This document shows, piece after piece, positions 26,845-38,800 of a DNA stretch of 64,000 nucleotides. Numbering within the stretch: position 1 is the first letter of the stretch; each line of letters starts with the position of its first letter. Where the stretch lies: NCBI GenBank assembly GCA_002633005.1, contig NMRA01000069.1:487740-551739 (forward strand), written 5' to 3'. Made by a program: the position numbers and the translations under genes. The stretch is from Phoronis australis. Lineage: Eukaryota > Animalia > Phoronida. The notes below the pieces were generated by a model that searched no databases, was not told the DNA's origin, and saw nothing but the letters and a program-made list of their open reading frames with translations.

Positions 26845-29800
26845 ATGGACCATAAATCTGAAAAGAAATCGAGGCATAGATCGCGTTCTAGATCAAGTGA
26901 GCGAGATAGACGAAAACACAACAAAAAGAAACACAAAAGAAGGTGAGCTTTCACTCTGGCTTTGTTTGAAAGACAAATTTGGCATTCGCCTAGAGCAGAG
27001 CCAGAGGCCCTAGCACAGGCGTCCTCGGCTTCTGATCGTCCCAATATACTATAATACTACAAGGTATGACACTTCGGACTAGAAATTCCACGGGTGCTTC
27101 ACTTCAGCCGTCCATAGCAAATACAAAACTCACTAAATTTACACAAAACAGAGGTTCAACAAACCATGAGGAATTGTTTTTTCTCCCAATACCATTTCCG
27201 GTGTCCTGCTCCACCGAGTTCGCGTAATAGCCGAGATCGCCCTACCTCGGGAATCAAACCAGCGACCCCGATTTAACCAGCGAGTGTGCTAACCATTCAG
27301 CTAATAGACAATTTCCCATTAGCGAGTGGCTAACAGAGGCTCGTATATTATTCACCGGAAACACTTTCGCAACAGCTGTCAAAGCTCAAAAATCTTTCCA
27401 AAAAGCTCGTCAGGAGCAACTCCTTGGTCTCACGCGCAGGGTACGAAATTATCCGATGAGTTACGGATGAACGGAAGTTGCCGATTCATCATGGAAAGTC
27501 ACGGCATCGCTAAGTCGGCACTTTCTGTTTTATGCACCCTCTGAGGTTTTTCATAAAAATCATAAAGGTTTCAATTTCCGTTAAAGATTTACGGAACACT
27601 TTTTGTAAAAAGTAGTCCTTTCAAGGTTTTTGGGAACAGCGAAATCACGGCATCCTAAAGTTTCATTTGAATCAGATTGCCCACTGCTGAAACTAGATAC
27701 CCCAAATTTTGTCAATTTTCCAAGGTTATTCAAAACCATAATATTAGTATAACCTCGTATATATCCCTTCACTGCAGGTACTCGTCAGATGATGACTCAG
27801 ATCACAGTGAGAGTAGTGGTGGCACAGACTACAGGTCCAGAAAAAGGAAAAAGACGAAACACTCTTCACCTGTCAGGCGGAGTCGATCACGGTTTGTTTC
27901 TGCCTGAGTTTTGAAGCATGACGATGATGCTCTAAGTAGTTTTAAAGGAGACATTCACAACTGATCAATTCCTTTTGCTATATCATGTCCAGTGTTCTCT
28001 ACCACAGAAAAAATAAAACTTGATTGGAACTGCAAAAATTCTTGTACATGTTTGAAAGTCCATTTCCATAGTGTGGAGACTATGCGTGTTTTAAGTATTG
28101 CAATATTAGCATGGAACTTGTACCCAAACTCAAATGCCCGAATTTGCTTAAGAAACGACCACTCTTCCAAAATACAAACTTGTTGCATAGGTTTTCAAAC
28201 TCGGTGCAAGTAAGTCAAGCTTGTTACTTGTAAAATTCAAACTCGAAGCAGTGACGAGTCAAAACAGGCTGGGGAGAATATCATCTGGGCTTTTCTCTTA
28301 TTTTTCGAGCTATTGATTACTCAATGTAGCTTGTACTTGGATCAAATCATACATCGACTTAACAGTATTGCAGAGAACAGTGAGTTAATCTTGTTTTTAT
28401 GGAACAGTCGTCATAGAAAAGTCTTCATGATTTCAGTGTTGATCCTGTTTCTCAATCTGTTGTTGGTTGGATGTTTTCATGGAAGTATAAAATTTGCAAA
28501 GTAACACCTGCTGTACATTGCGGTTAGTAGTGAGATATTTTTAAATGCTCAAATGATCTTTGTGTTTCATACAGAAACTTTACATTTTGTCCAGTGAACA
28601 GATGGTCAGACAAAAAATGGTGAAATCTAATCACAAATGTTGTTTTGTTTGTCAAGTGACCTTTTTACCTGATCCAAATGCCACTTTACAGTGCATGTTC
28701 GCAAACATTTACATTTCAGGTCAAAGGACAGACGTCGAGGTCAAAGGTCAAAATCCAGGTCAGACTCAAGGGAGGCTGAGATGCCGACTAGTGTTTCCAA
28801 AAAAATTCAGGAAATTGAAAAACTGAAGGAAGAAAGAAGAAAGCAGAAAGAACATCAAAAAGCTACGGAATCGGTGGAAGAAAAGAGATTAAGAAGATTG
28901 GCTAAAAAGGTAAAGGGCGGGACTTAGTCTGCCTGGGTGGGGGTCTTGTTGCTGTGGCTTCCTTCTCGGTTGCTGTGGTAAAAGTTCTTCAGTTTGGGGC
29001 ACTGTATCAGGGCTTGGAATTTTCCGTGGAAACGCGGATTTCCGCTTTTTTCAAATGTTCTTTTCGCGTATTTTATTATATTTCCGCGTAAAAAAAATCG
29101 GATTTGATATAAAATTTCTGCGGCAAATGTCTTTCATACCGCCGTGTTGCCGACGACTTTCACCTCGAAAAGCGAAAGTTGCTCTTTATGTTTCGGAGGA
29201 ACGTAAATTGTCAACATTGCCGGGGCATCTGGGATAGCATGGTGGATTTCCTCAATGGCGGCATGGCGGCTCGTGTGATTGTAATCCGCGGTGACAAATA
29301 CTACGACTCTGTAGCCAAAAAATGTTGGGAGGGGGGAGTGACGAGCTAAGACAGACGCAGACGCACGCTTCCGGAGGTGGTACCTTTTTTTTTTTTTTTT
29401 TTAGTCCTCTTGATTTTGGTCGGCAAAAAGTCCACACCGACTTTTTCAAGGCTGGCTGCGCGCATGTTTCGGGCCGTAAAAATTTCCGCGTTTTCCACCA
29501 TTGGTCATTCCAAGCCCTGCTGTATGGCGGATAGGTGAAATTTATTTTTGTCCAGTTTCTGAGCAAAAGTAACTATTCAGAAAGAATTACAGCTTTTAGT
29601 ATAGTTTGTATGGTGTTAACCAACATTTGTTAATATTTTGAGCATTTGCCGTAAGTCTCTCATTAATAGAAATGTGGCATTGTTAGCAATTATTTTTGTC
29701 CCAAATTGAAGAATTTTGACTGTAATTTCATTAAACTGCATTAAAGGAACATTCCAATTTGCAAACCAACAACACACAAACTTTTCTATAAAACCATGAT

Positions 29801-32800
29801 TATTCAGAGAAAATTATTCTATTCCTCAAACAGAACATCGGTAAGTAAAAGGTGTGTCAACACACCTTGGCACTGTTGGCCAACCTTTGCATGGACACTT
29901 CATATCATATATAGGTGCCTCTTAATTTGTGACCACGCAAACACTCACTGAGACCTTTTTTATGATGCATTTTTATTAAAAGCCCTCGTGCTTCTGAGAG
30001 TTCTGTCAAGCTTAATTTTGAGGTAGCAGAAATGTAAATGTGAGCCTTTTTTGAATGGTGATCTGTGTTTGCTATCAGAAATCACCTGGCAATTGTACTT
30101 CATAATGCGTCTCACTATTGTGTAGTAGGAATAGCATTCTTGCCTGTTGATACATGTTGTGTGATGCACCTTAGGTTTGCTGCTGCTTTTGTGGTTACTG
30201 AATCAGAATCTGGATGGCAATGCCATTTAGTATCAAGTATGTTCTATGGTTACTCAATTAGAATTGGGACAGCAGTGCTACTTATTTTTTTAGGAAGCCA
30301 AAGGTCGTAAGCGAAAAGAACAGATGGGATGGGACGAAGAATATATGGTAAAGTAATGATTATAATGTGACAGATATGTGTATGTTTCCATATATCATGG
30401 GTGCATAGAGCAGTTGTTTAGAAAGAGGTCAACAGTAATGCTACATGTGGACTTGGGATTTGTACTGTTCTCAAGAAAATGTTATGATTTACTATCAAGC
30501 ATTCATTGAAATTAGTTAACAACTGTACCAAATAGGTGGAGGTTTACTATAATAATTCTTTTTGTTCCTGAAAATACAAAATTGCCTATCATTTATGTCA
30601 ACTAGGCAAAAACCTGCTATGTGATGGTCACGGTTGCCACTAAATGTTGGAATGCGCATGGTTGGCCTATCGGACAATCCGCCTCTCAGTTTTTACAGTA
30701 ACCTAAATCTTGTCAATGACAAATTAGGCGGTGCATTGGTAAAAATTCTCGCTTCATTTTTTTCTTTCACATTTTGCTATCACAAAATTGTAGAGTTTGT
30801 GATCGACAGTCAAAATTGACTTTCTTCCAGGGCTACTCAAATGCTGACAACCCATTTGGAGATGAGCACTTAATGGATAACTTTGTGTGGACAAAAAAGT
30901 TTGAAAAGGAAGGTCGAAAAGTCGACGAGCACATCCATTTACAGAAGGAGAAAATGTTGGAGAATAAGGTAATACAGAGAGCGGGGCCTTACATGAATGA
31001 TGGAGACTGGATTATAAAGTGTGTGGGGTTTATGTGACAGAAATGACAAACACTACAGTTCAAGCCAAAACTAATTTCATAAAATGACTGGGAATTCTCT
31101 ATCACGGCAGCTGAGCGCAAGCGGAATTCACCATCAGAGCGAAGCCGTACTTTGTCTGTTTACCTTTGCCATGTACTGTAGATTATCCAAGGGATGAGAT
31201 ACAACACCAATGTTTAGGAACCTTGTATCACATGTTATATTGTGCAAGTAATTAGGTTACAGTTGATCAATACTTAAATTCAGTTGAGCTATTTTAGATT
31301 GAGGATTTCGAAAACTACCCACCGTCATGTGACAGGGACTTGTTACAAAATTTTCTGTTAATAAGTCCCATTTATGTTTTCAGCGTGAGTTAGAGAAGGT
31401 GAAGCGTCGACGGATAGAGAGAGAACGAGAGTACGAAGAAAGGGAGAAAGAAAGGGTGAGAACGCCTGTCATCTGATTACATTGCTTGTACCCCATTTGT
31501 ATCCTCACATTTGTACTATTGATAAGTCCTCCCTTGAAGTTGCTGACCCGAGTTTGGCGAAAATGATGGCTGAAATTCAAATTAAAATGAGGTTCTCGTA
31601 TTTTATGCCTCAAATCAAATCATTGCCTGTGATCCATGTACAAAAAATCCCCCAAGTTGCGTGTCGTTGAATTCTCTAACAATAATTGCAAAAACAAGCA
31701 ATCGGTGTTTCTGCAAATGTCATATCCTCGATTATCGTTGGAGAACGAAAAGACATGCTAGTTTGGGAATTTATGTACTGGGATCATAGGTCTTGATTAT
31801 TTGATGTATAACATTGAAAAAATGGTTTAAGGTTTTATAGACTGTGTACTTAACCAAATATCTACTTTCTGGGTCTGTTTATTTATTGTATTAACTACTT
31901 CATAACATACATTCAAAAAACCCAGTAGATTAATTTAACTTAATAAAAGTGTCACATTTCACCCCATGGATGGGTGGGCACAGGTTGTCACTGACTGGTG
32001 CTAATAGCTTTCGGTGCAATGGTAGACTGAAAACTGGTTCGAGTTAATCACATTATTATCCTCGACCATATATTTACATGTCTGCTCAAACAAAACATCC
32101 AATGTGATGTCTGTTCCATGCTCCAGCCAGTCCTGCGAAGCCTTGACTTGTGAATCAGTAAATTTTGAAACTTTCATATAAATCCGATCACGTCATTCTG
32201 AAACATGATTTTCCGAAGTTGGCCAAATTTGGACATTTTTAGGTCCTACATAAGCTTAAATACATACTGAACGAACTTTCAGAGGTTGACAAGTATGCAA
32301 CTGACTTTAAGCTAAGACTAAGCAAGTTTTAAGTAGTTAAACATGTCAAAAACGCTGCCTATTAGCTCTTACTAGATGACAGAATCGTGGAAAAACAGAA
32401 ACATTTACTTACAAAACAACACTCACCATTGAAACATATGTGTTCCAATGTAGTAGTCGTGCTAGTTGTGTACCCCAGGATGTGTACTCCAAGTATGTCT
32501 TTAAATTGAAAATGCGTGATGTCAAATGCCTCTAATGCCACTTTTCTTTTCAGGAAATGGAGCAGCGAGAAAAAGAGTCTGAATATTACAAAGCCTGGGA
32601 AAAACAGGAAGATAAGGTAGTGGTTGTTTGTGGTGCGGTCTTTACAGCTGAGTTTGTAAATCACATGATCTATGCTCATTCATTATAATGATTGATCTAA
32701 GATTTGTTCGTTTTGATCGTAGGCCTTGTGTGTACAAGGATAATCAGCAGAAGGCACTGCGATCGAGCCCTTGAAATGATTGAAATGTTTTCAGATTTGA

Positions 32801-35800
32801 AACTCTGCGTAGCTAACAAAGCCTGGCGACGCGTAATTTATCTTGTTACGAAAATAGGTTAAGTAAAATCTCTCCGATTTTGGACAAAAATAATTGCCAA
32901 AATTGACCTTTTTAATTTTTCAAAGATTTCTAACATTGTTGTTTATGCGCATGAATTTTCAGAATACTGTCTTGTGTTTGCTGTGGTACAGAGTTTGAAT
33001 GTGGAAAAATGTCCATTTGGTGCTACCGTATCTTTTATGAAAAAATGAAATGTCACTTGTCTGCCATATTGTGTCCTATGTTACCATACTCATCAAAAAG
33101 AATTGGTAGGAGAAAAATCCATTTCCTGTTGTAATGGTCCGTGACTCTTTTTAATTGGTCATGATCCGTAGCGACGGGTCATGACACGTTGTGATTTGCT
33201 GTGACTTGTCGTGATGGGTCACGACCCATCATTTCAGCTTCCCTGACTATAAAGTCCACTCGCAGTCAGTTGTCATGACAGAAGTTTCGTGTCAGTTTGT
33301 CAGATTAGTTTTGGGATGTACTTCTGTTTTGCTCATTTCTGTGGTAAAAATGGTGACAATGAGGTTATATTCCAAATTGTGATCAATGATGTTCATGGCA
33401 GGTTTGATATGTGATGTGTAGATGTTGTGATAACTTTAAAGCTGGGTTAAGCCTTGTTTAGCTGGCTAACAACAAAAGTCAAATTAGGCCATTTACTCAT
33501 AAAATCAGTCTCGCAATATTCCACACTGTGATAGGATTCTATTTCCATTGCCAACTCGAGTCACATGCAATGTGTACACGCAACATTTTCAAGTACATTA
33601 CGTACTTCATGTTTTATTTTTGAATTTGTAATTTTAGATCGACCAACCCCAATAATCTAAAACATTTTCTTGATTTACTGGAATATTATGAGGCTGATTT
33701 TGTTACAATAACAGGCCTAGATCGTATTTCTGGCCAGCTAAATTTGCTGTCACATCTAGGTTAAATCGTTTTCAAAATAATCTCCTTCTATAGTTGAAGT
33801 TACAATTCCTTTAGCCTTCTAGATCTGGGTTATTAGGTGATGGTTTTGATGTACATTTGTCTGGCCTTAACTTTGACCTATTTCAAAATAATCTCCTTCT
33901 ATAGTTGAAGTTACAATTCCTTTAGCCTTCTAGACAGATCTGGGTAATTAGGTGATGGTTTCGATGTACATTTGTCTGGCCTTAACTTTGACCTATTTCT
34001 CTTTCAGTTTCATCTGCAGCAAGCTAAACTGCGCTCAAAAATTAGAATTGATGATGGTAGAGGTATGATACAACCATGTTTTCTCTGTTCTAAGACTTTT
34101 GGGGTGCCCATGCATACATTAATATAATGTTATGCATTTATTGACTTTCCCGAGGTCATTATCTTGGTTTTCAGACCCCAAAAATGTAATAATCTTCTCA
34201 AGTCCGCCACAGTCATCACGTTTTTGGTGTCTGAAAAACAGCATATTGACCTAGTTTGAATGTCAGTAATTGTCTTATTGTATGATTACGTCCTAAGTAA
34301 TTCATGGAAGGAGGCTATGTTTGGACTTTTGATTGTATGTTTATCACTCATGCAATCAGTCAGCTACCAATTTTTATTCAAATAACTTTTTTGGAGAGAT
34401 TTTTTTAAAAATGTCCAGGAGATGCTCGGAATGGAGAAAAAGACAGTTGATTATATTTTGGGAAAGCTATTATCTTTTCGAGTCATCAAACCGTCCTCTT
34501 AAGGTTATGCGTACTCTTATTTCAAAAAAAAATACCTTAAAAATTGGCGCTGACTATAGAAAATCCCAGACATGGTTTTCGTGCATTTTTATCAAAGTCT
34601 TAATACAGATAATTTGGTGAATGCTAGGGAAAGGACTTTTTTCCCTGTCAGTGTACCTTTCAAAAGTGACATTTTTGCCAAAAACGCAAAGTCATGTGAC
34701 CTCAAGAATGGCATAGTTTTGTGAATGACATGAATTAGATTTGTCTCGATTCGATTTTAATTAAAGGTATCCATGACCTTAAATGCAAAGCAATCATTTG
34801 ATTATATCAATTCGACCAAAAGCTGCTTGTCATTTCGCTCACTCTGAGTGCACGTTCTAAAATCTACACAAATGACATGTATTAAAAGTCAGTGAATACT
34901 TTGGCCTTTGAAAACGCTCCTTTTGTACAATATGGTGATGGTGGGTACTGCGATGCCTTGATGCAGATGTGCATTTTACCTTGTGGTTTATCTTCTTTGC
35001 TTATGCGTTCCTTCCTGTATTTTTGGAGTTCATGGAAAAATTTTCATGAAATTTGGCTCATAGGTTTCCATTAGCAAGATGGCGAGACCATCTCATTTTT
35101 GGCCGGATTCAAAATATTCTGCGCTTCCTAGTGGTCGTTTTTATCATACTATTAGAAGCATACCATTTGTGGTACAGTTGTGGGTGCATGTCACTGCTTT
35201 GTGTTTCTCTTGATGTAATGTCTTTAAAAAAAATTATTTAACTGTTTCCTCTGTAGCTTAAGTCTTTCAAATTAGTAAATACTGTAGTCTTTGTCACAAG
35301 TTGGATCATAAAATTATTCTATTTAATCTGTAAAATAGTTTTTATTTGTAGTGATAAGTCTTGATGTCGGTGTGTCTGTGAGTGCAACTCTGTGCGTATT
35401 TGCTTTTCAGCCAAACCCATCGATCTTTTAGCCAAGTACATCAGCGACGAAATGGAAGACGATTTGACGGTTGAGATGCATGAACCCTACACCTACCTCA
35501 ATGTATGTAAGCCAATCATATTTTGTTTTTTAAACTGGTTGATTCCAGAATTTTGAACAACGTGACATTTACTTTCTGTTTCCCAACATTTCAGTGTCAT
35601 GATTTTTCTTCGCCCTAATATAAATAACATGCAAAGTCGAGAGTTTGTCAATATCTCCGCGTGATTTCTTTAATTGTGCCGAATTACTCATCAGGTAACA
35701 TGGTCATCATGCCAAATTGTCATGTTCTGACCTTAATTTAGTCGGCAACAAATATTGGCTGCGTTGTGTTGTGTTCCAGGCTGTTACATTTGCAAGTATT

Positions 35801-38800
35801 GTTGACCAAACAAGCTTTAGTAGTGATAAGAACTGTAAAAATCTTGCTGTTAGAACATGAGGTGTTGTTCTTTGAAACGCACGTTGAATGCTGACGGTTG
35901 TTTCCAGGGCTTGACGATTGAAGATCTGGAGGACCTGCTTGAAGACATCAAAGTCTACACGGAGTTGGAGGAGGGACAGAATATGGAGTTTTGGAAGGAC
36001 ATGATTATTGTAACTGAGGACGAGTTGGCCAAGTTGAGGAGGATCGATCCAAGTTCTAAAGGTAAGGGGCGGTAAATACTGGGGACGGCTGATCAAAGAT
36101 TTTAAAGGAAAAAGCAACTCTTTCTGATGTTTTTTTTTAAGTATATAGATCCCTGTTATCTTGGAAAGATATTTTGCCTTTTTTCTGTTTCAATTATTGT
36201 TCCCTCAGCATTAATTAACCACCATGGAACAATAGAAAATTACACAAATGACCCAGCATAAGACGTGTGTCTTGATTCTGTATTCACTTTCTTTGAGCAA
36301 ACGCAAATGCGCAACACAGATTGTGTTCAGCTCCAAGTGGGACATCGTGTTTGCGCAATGAAAGTGAATGTGGAACCTTTTGCTGGGTCATGCACATTAC
36401 ATTCTGCTGTTCCATGGAGAGTAAATATTCAACAACACGCGACGCAGAATTAGTGTCAAAAGGTGGATATCATCAAATATTGAAACCGGTTTGATTGTGT
36501 GTGTTAGATATGTGGAACGCTTTTCGTTTTTGAAAACTGGTGGCATACTCCTGAGACAACCTGTAATCTTGGTTGCGTAGCTGTGAGGATATTTTTGCAA
36601 TAATGAGAATGGTTTTAACGCTATTAGATCCCAATTTTGGAGTTTTAGTAGATTTTAAAATAAGCTGAGTAGATTTAGCAAAATTTTGACAGACTGTGCC
36701 AAACTTTTCACTCTTTATGCCAGCATTGTTTTACAATAAGACGAAACTTTTACCAAATGTGATGTAGATATGTGTAGTTGTAGTGTAGTCTTAATTAAAC
36801 TTACGTAACACCTTGTGGAAAAGTGTGAATATTGGGCTAAATATGTACAAAACTATAGATTCTGTAAAAGACAAGTTTAAGTGTTTATTTTCTGAAAGTA
36901 GCAGGCTTGTTGAATTTGATTTTTACCTTTTATGAATCTGACATAAATCGGATCACATGACCATGTCCTTTTAGAAAAAATTAGCAAAAAGGAAGGTTTA
37001 TTGATATTAGAATACGGTATCAATAAGATGACCAAATTTGGTTAATATAAATGTTCAAAATGTAATCTCAGAAACTGTTGCTGTTTTCTAAATTATCATT
37101 TCCTTTTGGTTTTATACAACTTTTAATTTTTTTGATGAAAACAATAATAGTCCAGAATCTAATCTCCCATTTCTGATGTATAATGTTCCAAAGTTGGCCA
37201 AATTGGGACATTGTCCTAGGGTCCTTAAGATAACTGTTTACTTTTCTTATTAAGCTTCGCATTTTTTGAAATATCATTACTTACTTTCAAGGCTCGAAGC
37301 CATCATATCATATTTTAGACGACCACAAAAATGTGTTGTGTGACCAAAATCATGATCAGTCCATTGTAATCAGGTGACCATTTTTCTAGAAAATTCTGGT
37401 TTTTCACGCCAATCACAGTTACTTCCACAGACATCAAAATTTGGCGCAAGACTGACAAATTCTGTTTCTGCGTTGTATTTTGGGATTTTCTGTCATTGCC
37501 ATTCCGCTCAAGTCGTTGCCTATGAAATGACTTCAAACTTTTTACGAAATGTTAGGAGTGAGGAAGTGCTATAATACTCTAATTTCTGTGCTGTGTTATT
37601 GTATGGTGATTGTCCAACTATTTTTGTTACATGCAATATGGCAGACAACGTAGACAGCCTTAAAAAGTGTACAAATGATAATTCACTGCTAACTTCACTT
37701 TGAGATTACATGAGATGCGTTTGCAGATCAATGAGTCATTGGTGTGTGGATTCTGATAAAATGTAAGGACGTGTTTTTGTCACTCTTGTGTTTTTGCTTT
37801 TATGTCCACTCACATTGCTTTGTCTCTGGTTGTCATAGTTAACATTCGTGGTCCTTATACTCTCCACTTATTTTTGTAGTGTGCAATATGGCAGACGGTG
37901 TGGACAGCCTTAAAAAGTATATAAATGACAATTTTGGCTTACTTCCTGTTGTCTTTATGCAAAATAATCGGAGAATTGCCTTATCTCCCCACAGACTACC
38001 GGTCAGACCGCCGCGAGACCATCAACCAATCAGTGGGCACTGAGGTGGCGTCTATCTTCCGCGGCAAGACGACTAATCAGCTGGAACTGCTTCAGGAACA
38101 GATTCGGCGTAAGCTACGTGGGGGCGAGGGTGTTGACGTCGGGTACTGGGAGTCGCTGTTACAGCAGTTGAAGGCCCACATGGCACGGTCACGGCTGAGG
38201 GAGAGACACCAGGGTCAACTGAGGAGGAAGTTGTTCAGACTGAAACAGGAGGTGGGTGTGGCATGGGGGTTAAGCACTTTGAGTTTAAGGGTCATGACCT
38301 CAGGGTCATGTCATGATCTTTGACACATTGTTGGTCATGGCTGCGGGAGACACCATGAACGACAAGGGAGGAAACTGTAGCAGGCCATTGTTGATGAACA
38401 TTTCTATGTCTGTGAATACTTCTCTCTTTTTGCTTTGTGCCTTGTTGAGTCAACTGCGTACTAAACTGGTTTGTTTATTTGTTGTGCTAATCATAAACAA
38501 GCTTGATGAATTCTTTACTGTTTACAGCAAGGTATTGAAAGCCAGCCATTGTTTCCGATCGTGAAGGAGGAACCTGACGATAATTCTGAATCTGCCCCTG
38601 CAGACAGTGTTCCTGAATCCACTCCGATAGCTGTCTCGGATGAGGTACCAGGCACGAGTCAGGACGCACAGCCCAGCACTAGCCTAGAAGCACCAAACGA
38701 CCCAGAAAATGAAGTTGCTGAACCAGGTCAAGGTCAAGGTCAAGTTAAAGAAGAGGACAAAGAGGAAGAGGAGGAAGAAGAAGAGTAAGTACTGGAGGCC

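Noticed and set aside
27235-27310. Possible tRNA gene (also 15146-15210)
   Set aside because: A/B boxes are present but there is no proper acceptor or anticodon stem; treated as SINE-derived.
35640-35700. Minus-strand CUGAUGA...GAAA hammerhead-like string in a Cactin intron
   Set aside because: The stem II closing pair is broken, there is an extra base before GAAA, and stem I does not pair properly; chance match or decayed remnant.
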